DNA of 64,000 bases from Macrostomum lignano (Eukaryota). Shown here piece after piece: positions 1 through 11,000 of the stretch. The first letter of the stretch is position 1. Each line of letters starts with the position of its first letter. The notes under the pieces are model-generated. The model saw only the letters and a list, made by a program, of their open reading frames with translations. It did not search any database and was not told where the DNA came from. The stretch is from contig NIVC01000276.1 of assembly GCA_002269645.1 (NCBI GenBank), positions 124,001 to 188,000 on the forward strand, read 5' to 3'. A program made the position numbers and the translations under genes.

Positions 1-250
1 GATTCCGTGTAGGAAAATGTTGAGTCGTCGGCTGAAAACTCCATGGTGACATGCGTGTTTTGGCTGGTGAGCAGAGAGTCCGAGCTGAAGTTGTTTACAG
101 GCTCTGGTTGCAACGACGTCTCTTGATGGCTGTGAAGCTTCCGACGCTGCTGACTCGGCGAATGAGTGGCGCCAAAGTGAGACGACAGGCTGGAGCAGCG
201 CCTGGAATGGCATTGACATTTGCTAGAGGGAACTATGGAGTCGCGACCTT
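1..250 (-). CDS. Candidate second exon of the divergent gene (runs off window edge)
   Basis: ttag|AA GGT CGC GAC... stop-free to position 1 (EGRDSIVPSSKCQCHSRR...EFSADDSTFSYTE); needs a phase-1 donor whereas the long upstream ORF gives phase 2. Confidence 0.35.
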
Positions 251-337
251 CTAAAGCGTCTCCTAAAAACTTGGCCACGTTTCAGCGTTGATTTGACTGG
301 TTGTAAAATTTTGTAAAGCCCAGGTGAAATTTTTTAC

Positions 338-1014
338 CTGGTTTCCGCCTGCTGCTGCCATTGCACTGCAGTCGTTGCTCTGACGGCACTTTGCGGCACA
401 AAGAGTCGCGCTGAGAAGTCCGACTGCCACGGGGATGACGAAGATAGCTCTTCCGGATGAGCGACCAGACATCCGGGAGGATTCATCCGGGCAGGTGGCG
501 GCGGGTACCGACTCCTACAGCAGGCCTGCCTGTCGACATCCTGCGACAACGTTGACGAATCTGGCTCCTCCTCAGTCGGCGCTGCCATCGACGTTGGTGA
601 CAGACGCGCCGCTTTCATGGAGTGGCGCCTCCTTTGCGCGTCGCGGCGCTCTACGCTGCGGCGGAAGCGGCCAACCACAGTCTGCAGCCGGCGATAGGCC
701 AGGCTGGCCCGACGCAGCGCGCTGACCTGCTGTCGGTAGTAGGCTGCCGAAGGTGACGGCTTCGGACCTACTCGCCCGTCCGGTTTTGGCCACAAAGGAA
801 GTTGAACCTGTGGATTTTCAAATTTCTCATGGAGAGGCTTGGAGTGCACGTCATATCGTTGCGGCTGGCCCCGACGGCTGTTGTTCCCGTTGCAGTCGAG
901 CAGTGACTCCCAGAGTTGTTTGTCGAAGGCGTTTAGCGTCACCGGGCCGAGGCAGGGTAAGTCGTCCAGCCACTTGCAGGTGACATCGCTGTGGCTGGCA
1001 TCGCAGGCGCTCAT
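338..1014 (-). CDS. Candidate first coding exon of a divergent gene of unknown function
   Basis: GC-rich ORF, first ATG at 1014 (MSACDASHSDVTCKWLDDLP...), ends at CAG|gtaaaa donor (337-336). No recognisable family. Confidence 0.45.
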
Positions 1015-1993
1015 GGCATGGCTTGGTGAATGGCTGGGTATGACGCCAGCAAAGCACAAAGGAGCTGATTCCTTCCACTAGCGCTGAATTAATTTTCCAA
1101 CTTTTTTGTTGTCCGTCGAATCAACAACTGAGCCACCAAAACAGCAAACTGCAGCAAATTATGTTTTATTATAAATATTCATGTTACTAAATTTAGCTTA
1201 CTCTATTTTTGCTCGATTGTATGAAAACATAGTTTTACCATAGATTTAAGATCGAGATTTACAAAATAAGGATTGATCAACCTCCGATTTTTTATCAAGA
1301 CAGCAATGCTCTATAGCAGATGACATATCATAAACATAATATGCATTCTTAGTCGAAATTTTAGTGTATAGGAAGAACTTGTTTTTAAATTTTTAAAGTA
1401 TACTGTATAAGCCAAAAATTTTTAGCTAGTCCTAACTACCACATCTCATCCACTTTCATTCGAGTCGAGTCTTGTCTATAACAAATATCGTTGATATAGC
1501 TAGGTGAGTAAAAGCCCTTATATATTTAATTTCAGAAGATAAACTGAAGAAATCATAGCTTCAATCTCTGAGTCGATTTCATTGCATTTATAAATACAAT
1601 TTAGAATATAGGATTTATTCTTTAGATTTTTAGAAAGTAAGATTATTCAGCATAATTAATGAAATAATCGTTGTAACTGATATGGTTTCAGTCAAAAGTT
1701 ATTTTTGCAATATTTAATTGGTATCCAAAACTTATATGGTCGTCAAATAATGGCTAAAATAAAATTTAATGTAACAAACTTTAACGGCATGGAGCGAGTA
1801 CGCCGTGACGCGGCGAAAACTAATATTAATACGGTTTTCAAATCAATGTTTTTTTCGAAGAAAAAAGTTGAAATTCTAGTCAATTGTACACCGAGACAAT
1901 TTTTTTACAAACATGGTGTGACTGTAAGCTGGACTGTATTTTTTAGAAAATAGTCTCCGTAGATGGTAATTATTTATTTATAACCAGTGTCAA

Positions 1994-2021
1994 ATGACAA
2001 TGACAACGAGAGCACAAAACT
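1994..2021 (+). CDS. unc-79: unc-79 exon 1 (MTMTTRAQN-F; start at ATG 1994 or 2000)
   Basis: ATG ACA ATG ACA ACG AGA GCA CAA AAC T|gtaagt; phase 1 joins exon 2 to give MTTRAQNFAAKIK, like the UNC79 N-terminus (MSTKAEQFASKIR, from recall). Confidence 0.8.
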
Positions 2022-5000
2022 GTAAGTAGATGTGTCCAATGTGCAATGTATTGTTTTCTGTTTTTATCCAGTTGTTATATTATTGCAATTGCAATGAATG
2101 AAAAAATTAAACCGTTGTAATTCAATAGGTTTGGATTCTAATTTACCTCAGTATTTGTATTTTTCTGGTATCTTTATTAGTTGATTATATCTAATCTGTT
2201 TTCATGAAAATATCCCCAAGACTCTCTGTGGCGCACCCTCTCTGTACAGGGTATAATAGAATTTAAATTAGCTTCTATTGCATATGAATTAGATTTTTTG
2301 ATAGCTGGATAAGTTATGGAAGTTTTACTTAGCTTCTAATTATGTAATTGACTATTTTAAAGTATTTTATATGCTTATAGATTGTATATTTAATTTAATA
2401 TAGAAAAAAATATTGTTTATCTGATAGACTAGTGCATTGCTTGGTTGAAAAAAAACATTACCTATACTGGGCAATTTCCTTCTTGAATTTATAAATTTAA
2501 CTAATATAATAAAACTCATTGTAGAAAAATGCATACCTTATTAGTAGTTCAATCTACTTTCAATAATTATTTATCTATTTATAATTCTTATTAATATTAT
2601 GCTATTTTTGGTCTATAGTATATACCAGCAATCTAGTGCCACCCTTTGGGGTGCCCAATAAGCAAGGAGCAAAAATATTCATGCAAATTCATTAAAAAAC
2701 ACATCTTCCTAAAAACCTATTACTTCTTCAATTTTATAAATCACCTTATTTGAGTAAAATTGTCATAGACAAAAATGTTTATTATAAATCTCTTTTTTTC
2801 TAAGAGTAAAAAAGACAACAAAATAAAGCCTTCACAAAGATATTAGACATTCCCCCTAAATAGAGAAAATACCCTAGATAGCAACCATTCCCCAAATAGA
2901 AAGCAACCTAAATAGCAAGCACTCCCTAAGAGCAAGCATCCCTAGATAGCAACGATCCCTAAATAGTAAGCATACCTGGATAGAAAGAATCTCTTAGATA
3001 GCTAGAGATATCTAATATCAACCCTTTCTTTCTATTGTATTTTTATTCATAGCCTTAACTAATGTCTCTCGGGGGTTGATCCATAGGAGGCAAAGTGGCC
3101 ACGCCTCCCTTAGTTGTGGCCAAACAATTGAGCTATCATTTTTTGTTAGCCTATTACAATTGCTTAGTATAGCTTGCCTTTCCCCCTTCAAAAATTATAT
3201 CTATGAAATTAATGCAATAAAGAAACTTGATTTGGTATAGATTTTAGCTTTTTATTTTTATGGACATAATAAATTAACTTGTAACTCAATTCAAAATTAA
3301 TTATATATTGACTCTTCTTTGTTCTTTGATATAAAAACAAATCTTTTTTTTCATAGCATTCAAAATTTGTTGCTTTGAAATTTCAAGAAGAGTATAAAAA
3401 TATGCAGATTAATGTACTTTTAATTTAAATTTAGCAACTACTTTTAGTAATTGAATACACTCGTACATCTATTTTATAAATTATAATTTTAATCAAATTT
3501 GTTATATACCTTTTTACCTCCTATTTTAAACAAAGTCTTATTAAAAAAACAAGCAGAAATTCAATTCAAACACTTTAAGAAATGCCAGTGCTTGCAATAA
3601 AACAGTTTATATATAGTAAAAAAGGTTTATATTTATAAATATGTTGTGTCTTAAGCCAACAAATAAAAGGTAGAGTTTTAGTAGAAAAATGCAGCCGATT
3701 TTGGTCTGCCTATAGCCTTAGCTCTGGCTATTCTCTTTTTTGTTCCTTTATTTCCCATAGGGTTTTTTCCTCACATCCCTTCTGGGGGCCTGTACCCAGC
3801 TGCATATACAAGTCTAGCTACATAAGCACATGTGCAAAGCATAAGCAAATAGCAGAGCTTGTCCACAATGAAAAAGTTAATATCTTTATGCTTTATAAAT
3901 AAAATTGAAGATTTTTTAAACATATATTTGCATAGTAAATGTCAGACTTTGAAGATTTACCTACTTTTTTTAACTATGTTAAATATGATAGATCTTTGCT
4001 AGTTCTGATTATTGTATGCTTTTTGATAAAGATAAAGCAAGTTATAAATTTGTTAAATGTGGCAGTTTTTTTTAATTATAAAATCATGTTATTATCTATG
4101 GTAACAATATCAGCACTCCCATTTAACTGTTCTTGTAGTTGCTGCCAAGATAAAGATTTTAAGAGACTACCAGGCCAAGCTCAGCAATGCAGTCAGCCCA
4201 CCACCACCTGGCAGCGACATTGCCAACACCCTGAAGAACTTCAGCCAAACCCTGCTTGGGTAAGATGCCTTGAACTACAAGCGTTGGGGTATTAAATTTT
4301 TACTACTTCTGGCTGAAGAATAGCCGATCCTTCAGTAAGCTGTTACCCCTCCCTGATCCTTCAGTAAGCTGTTACCCCTCACTGATCCTTCAGTAAGCTG
4401 TTACCCCTCACTGATCCTTCAGTAAGCTGTTACCCCTCACTGATCCTTCAGTAAGCTGTTACCCCTCACTGATCCTTCAGTAAGCTGTTACCCCTCCCTT
4501 ATCCTTCAGCAAGCTTCTACCCACTCCTTGATCCTTCAGTAAGCTTCTACCCCTCCCTGATCCTTCAGTGAGCTGCTACCCCCTCCCTGATCCTCAGTAA
4601 GCTTCTACCCCTCCCTGATCCTTCAGTAAGCTTCTACCCCTCCCTGATCCTTCAGTGAGCTTCTACCCCCTCCCTGATCCTTCAGTAAGCTTCTACCCCT
4701 CCCTGATCCTTCAGTAAGCTTCTACCCCTCCCTGATCCTTCAGTGAGCTGCTACCCCCTCCCTGATCCTCAGTAAGCTTCTACCCCTCCCTGATCCTTCA
4801 GTAAGCTGCTACCCCCTCCCTGATCCTTCAGTAAGCTGCTACCCTCTCCCTGATCCTTCAATAAGCTGCTACCCCCTCCCTGATCCTTCAGTAAGCTGCT
4901 ACCCTCTCCCTGATCCTTCAATAAGCTGCTACCCCTCCCTGATCCTTCAGTGAGCTGCTACCCCCTCACTGATCCTTCAGTGAGCTGCTACCCCCTCCCT

Positions 5001-8000
5001 GATCCTTCAGTGAGCTGCTACCCCTCCCTGATCCTTCAGTGAGCTGCTACCCCCTCCCTGATCCTTCAGTGAGCTGCTACCCCCTCCCTGATCCTTCAGT
5101 GAGCTGCTACCCCTCCCTGATCCTTCAGTGAGCTGCTACCCCCTCCCTGATGCTTCAGTGAGCTGCTACCCCTCCCTGATCCTTCAGTGAGCTGCTACCC
5201 CCTCCCTGATGCTTCAGTGAGCTGCTACCCCTCACTGATCCTTCAGTGAGCTGCTACCCCTCCCTGATGCTTCAGTGAGCTGCTACCCCTCCCTGATCCT
5301 TCAGTGAGCTGCTACCCCTCCCTGATCCTTCAGTGAGCTGCTACCCCCTCCCTGATCCTTCAGTGAGCTGCTACCCCCTCCCTGATCCTTCAGTGAGCTG
5401 CTACCCCTCCCTGATCCTTCAGTGAGCTGCTACCCCCTCCCTGATGCTTCAGTGAGCTGCTACCCCCTCCCTGATCCTTCAGTGAGCTGCTACCCCTCCC
5501 TGATCCTTCAGTGAGCTGCTACCCCCTCCCTGATCCTTCAGTGAGCTGCTACCCCTCCCTGATCCTTCAGTGAGCTGCTACCCCCTCCCTGATGCTTCAG
5601 TGAGCTGCTACCCCCTCCCTGATCCTTCAGTGAGCTGCTACCCCCTCCCTGATCCTTCAGTGAGCTGCTACCCCTCCCTGATCCTTCAGTGAGCTGCTAC
5701 CCCTCACTGATCCTTCAGTGAGCTGCTACCCCCTCCCTGATGCTTCAGTGAGCTGCTACCCCCTCCCTGATCCTTCAGTGAGCTGCTACCCCCTCCCTGA
5801 TCCTTCAGTGAGCTTCTACCCCTCCCTGATGCTTCAGTGAGCTGCTACCCCCTCCCTGATGCTTCAGTGAGCTGCTACCCCTCCCTGATCCTTCAGTGAG
5901 CTGCTACCCCTCCCTGATCCTTCAGTGAGCTGCTACCCCCTGAAACTCCGCCCCATTTGATAATTTTTTTGGATTCGAACTCGCGACTCATCATAGCCAG
6001 CCGCTCTCCCCGTCGCCTGCTCAGCTTCCTAAAAGACTGTCCGGCCCTCGATCCCGAGAGCCTGGGCGGCCGATCGAAAGAGTTCAGCCGATTGCACAAC
6101 ACGTTTCCGAACCTGTGCTACTCGGAGCTCTACTATGCCGTCATCTACCTGCTGGACGTGATGCACAATGTCCAGTCTGGGCAGGCCGCAGCCTACGAGG
6201 CCATTCTCACCATCTTGGCCCAGCTGATTCCTTTTCTTGAGGTTGAGATCCTCGAGACCATGCCCTACACTGTGGCCTGCATGCTGCCGTTCCTGCCGCA
6301 GCAGCTGTGCAGAACTCTGGTCGACTGTCTCACCAATGTCATGTTCCCGCTTATCCTGCGTGAGTGACTGGGCTGTCTCACCAATGTCATGTTCCCGCTT
6401 ATCCTGCGTGAGTATCGGGGCTTAGGCACCTGGGCTAGGGACCGAGAGACGAGCTGAGGACAGGTCGCGATGGACGAGGGGAGTTTGTTAAAGACAGACC
6501 GCGCGCGCGATGGACAAGAGAAGTTTGAGAACAGATCCTGATGTACAAGGGGAGTTTGAGAACAGATCCTGATGTACAAGGGGAGTTTGAGAACAGATCT
6601 TGATGTACAAGGGGAGTTTGAGAACAGATCTTGATGTACAAGGGGAGTTTGAAGTCAGACCGTAATGGACAAGATGAGTTTGAAGACAGACCGTAATGGA
6701 CAAGATGAGTTTGAAGACAGACCGTAATGGACAAGATGAGTTTGAAGACACGCAGTGATGGACAAGATGAGTTTGAAGACAGGCAGTGATGGACAAGATG
6801 AGTTTGAAGACAGGCAGTGATGTACAAGGGGAGTTTGAAGTCAGACCGTAATGGACAAGATGAGTTTGAAGGCAGGCAGTAATGGACAAGATGAGTTTGA
6901 AGACAGACCGTAATGGACAAGATGAGTTTGAAGGCAGGCAGTAATGGACAAGATGAGTTTGAAGTCAGACCGTAATGGACAAGATGAGTTTGAAGGCAGG
7001 CAGTAATGGACAAGATGAGTTTGAAGTCAGACCGTAATGGACAAGATGAGTTTGAAGGCAGGCAGTAATGGACAAGATGAGTTTGAAGGCAGGCAGTGAT
7101 GGACAAGATGAGTTTGAAGGCAGGCAGTAATGGACAAGATGAGTTTGAAGACAGGCAGTGATGGACAAGATGAGTTTGAAGGCAGGCAGTAATGGACAAG
7201 ATGAGTTTGAAGTCAGACCGTTATGGACAAGATGAGTTTGAAGGCAGGCAGTAATGGACAAGATGAGTTTGAAGTCAGACCGTAATGGACAAGATGAGTT
7301 TGAAGGCAGGCAGTAATGGACAAGATGAGTTTGAAGACAGACCGTAATGGACAAAATGAGTTTGAAGACAGACCGTAATGGACAAGATGAGTTTGAAGAC
7401 AGGCAGTAATGGACAAGATGAGTTTGAAGACAGGCAGTGATGGACAAGATGAGTTTGAAGACAGGCAGTGATGGACAAGATGAGTTTGAAGGCAGGCAGT
7501 GATGGACAAGATGAGTTTGAAGACAGACCGTAATGGACAAGATGAGTTTGAAGACAGGCAGTGATGGACAAGATGAGTTTGAAGGCAGGCAGTGATGGAC
7601 AAGTTGAGTTTGAAGACAGACCGTGATTGACAAGATGACTTTGAAGACAGGCAGTGATGGACAAGATGAGTTTGAAGACAGGCAGTGATGGACAAGATGA
7701 GTTTGAAGACAGACCGTAATGGACAAGATGAGTTTGAAGACAGGCAGTAATGGACAAGATGAGTTTGAAGACAGACCGTGATTGACAAGATGACTTTGAA
7801 GACAGGCAGTGATGGACAAGATGAGTTTGAAGACAGGCAGTGATGGACAAGATGAGTTTGAAGACAGACCGTAATGGACAAGATGAGTTTGAAGACAGGC
7901 AGTAATGGACAAGATGAGTTTGAAGACAGGCAGTGATGGACAAGATGAGTTTGAAGGCAGGCAGTGATGGACAAGATGAGTTTGAAGACAGACCGTGATT

Positions 8001-11000
8001 GACAAGATGACTTTGAAGACAGGCAGTGATGGACAAGATGAGTTTGAAGACAGGCAGTGATGGACAAGATGAGTTTGAAGACAGACCGTAATGGACAAGA
8101 TGAGTTTGAAGACAGGCAGTAATGGACAAGATGAGTTTGAAGACAGGCAGTGATGGACAAGATGAGTTTGAAGGCAGGCAGTGATGGACAAGATGAGTTT
8201 GAAGACAGACCGTGATTGACAAGATGACTTTGAAGACAGGCAGTGATGGACAAGATGAGTTTGAAGACAGGCAGTGATGGACAAGATGAGTTTGAAGACA
8301 GACCGTAATGGACAAGATGAGTTTGAAGACAGGCAGTAATGGACAAGATGAGTTTGAAGACAGGCAGTGATGGACAAGATGAGTTTGAAGACAGGCAGTG
8401 ATGGACAAGATGAGTTTGAAGGCAGGCAGTGATGGACAAGATGAGTTTGAAGACAGACCGTGATTGACAAGATGACTTTGAAGACAGGCAGTGATGGACA
8501 AGATGAGTTTGAAGACAGACCGTAATGGACAAGATGAGTTTGAAGACAGGCAGTAATGGACAAGATGAGTTTGAAGACAGGCAGTGATGGACAAGATGAG
8601 TTTGAAGACAGGCAGTGATGGACAAGATGAGTTTGAAGACAGACCGTAATGGACAAGATGAGTTTGAAGACAGGCAGTAATGGACAAGATGAGTTTGAAG
8701 ACAGACCGTAATGGACAAGATGAGTTTGAAGACAGGCAGTAATGGACAAGATGAGTTTGAAGACAGGCAGTGATGGACAAGATGAGTTTGAAGGCAGGCA
8801 GTGATGGACAAGATGAGTTTGAAGACAGACCGTGATTGACAAGGTGACTTTGAAGACAGGCAGTAATGGACAAGATGAGTTTGAAGACAGGCAGTGATGG
8901 ACAAGATGAGTTTGAAGACAGACCGTAATGGACAAGATGAGTTTGAAGACAGGCAGTAATGGACAAGATGAGTTTGAAGACAGGCAGTGATGGACAAGAT
9001 GAGTTTGAAGGCAGGCAGTGATGGACAAGATGAGTTTGAAGACAGACCGTGATTGACAAGATGACTTTGAAGACAGGCAGTGATGGACAAGATGAGTTTG
9101 AAGACAGGCAGTGATGGACAAGATGAGTTTGAAGACAGACCGTAATGGACAAGATGAGTTTGAAGACAGGCAGTAATGGACAAGATGAGTTTGAAGACAG
9201 GCAGTGATGGACAAGATGAGTTTGAAGACAGGCAGTGATGGACAAGATGAGTTTGAAGACAGGCAGTGATGGACAAGATGAGTTTGAAGACATTCAGTAA
9301 TGGACAAGATGAGTTTGAAGACAGGCAGTGATGGACAAGATGAGTTTGAAGACAGGCAGTGATGGACAAGATGAGTTTGAAGACAGACCGTGATGGACAA
9401 GAGGGGTTTAAAGACAGGCAGTGATAGACAGAGAAACGAGGACAGGGAATGAGACCGGGTTGAGTCTTGACACAGCAGTTCAATAAGAAGATAGCAGAAC
9501 AATACAAAGGGTAGGGAGAGAAGATAGGTCAAAGCAGACAGGGAGCGAGGGTTCCCTTGATTCGATGACAGCTCGACAGGACTCAGCCCAATTCGTCCGC
9601 CCATTTACTCCAGGCTGGAGCGAGGAGTTGGAATCGTACGCCACGGAGTCGCTGCCGGCCATTCTCACTATGGTGTTTCAGTATGTTGAGAAGCCGGGTG
9701 AGTAGCTGCCGATGCGCTGTGCATTTGGCCAGTCAGTCGCTTAGATATAGCAGCTAGCCATGCCGTTGCAGAGCTGCACAGTCAAGTAGTCGAGTGCCTG
9801 ATGGGCCTGAAGCGCGACCTGTCACGCGATTTGGCCTTCGTTGCTGCTCACGGGCCCACCGAGACCCGCCTGCCCGCCGTGACGATGCTGTTCCACTACT
9901 GGCCCGAGCTGTTGCCGCAGAACGCCAACATCCTGCAGGCGCTGCGGCTGTCCAAGTACAAACACGAGCCCTGGCAGGCCATCGTGTGCGAGAGGCCCGA
10001 GTGCCCGAATAAGAACAACAAGGCCAGCCGGAGTGCCGCCAAGATGACCATCTCGCCCAAGCTGTGCCTGGTCAAGGAGAACAAGAGCCCGCCATTCTAC
10101 CTGTGCCTGGACTGCGCAGATGCTTTGGCTAAGCACGACCGGGCGCTGCTCATTGACGTGCTGGGGCCCATGAAGGCAAGCTGAATGATGTACCTGATAC
10201 TGCTGCACTGGTAGGTGTGCGGGCATGGAAACTTAGGCAGTCGACGAAGCGCCCAGTGCACACATTTTCCTCGCCGTTTGGGATTTGTGGGCAGTACGAA
10301 GGATGCTGAGGCTAAATGTTGATGAAGGATGCTGAGGCTAAATGTTGATGGAGTATGCTGAGACTAAATATTGATGAAGGATGCTGAGGCTAAATGTTGA
10401 TGAAGGATGCTGAGGCTAAATGTTGATGAAGGATGCTGAGACTAAATATTGATGAAGGATGCTGAGACTAAATGTTGATGAAGGATGCTGAGGCTAAATG
10501 TTGATGAAGTATGCTGATGCTAAATGTTGATGAAGGATGCTGAGGCTAAATGTTGATGAAGTATGCTGAGGCTAAATGTTGATAAATGATGCTGAGGCTA
10601 AATATTGATGAAGGATGCTGAGACTAAATGTTGATGAAGGATGCTGAGGCTAAATGTTGATGAGGGATGCTGGGGCTTAATGATGGTAAAGGATGGTTAG
10701 CTACAGTTTGATTTGATGAGGCTACAGCCTGATAGATGAAGCTACAGCTTGATGGATGAGGCTACAGCTTGATAGATGAGGCTACAGCCTGATAGATGAG
10801 GCTACAGCCTGATAGATGAGGCTACAGCTTGATGGATGAGGCTAAAGCCTGATAGATGAGGCTACAGCTTGATAGATGAGGCTACAGCCTGATAGATGAG
10901 GCTACAGCCTGATAGATGAGGCTACGAGTACAGCTTGATAGATGAGGCTACAGCTTGATGGATGAGGCTACAGCTTGATGGATGAGGCTACAGCTTGATG

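Noticed and set aside
3761-3811. 51-nt phase 1-1 exon candidate with a strong pyrimidine tract in intron 1
   Set aside because: Weak donor (gtctag) and it would interrupt the conserved N-terminal QNF-AAKI junction; shows that phase-matched candidates can arise by chance.
6435-9604. Very long - strand ORFs (672-879 aa) of LQTHLVH repeats
   Set aside because: Translation of a 31-nt satellite lacking stops on that strand; all three frames give the same permuted peptide and it lies antisense in an unc-79 intron.
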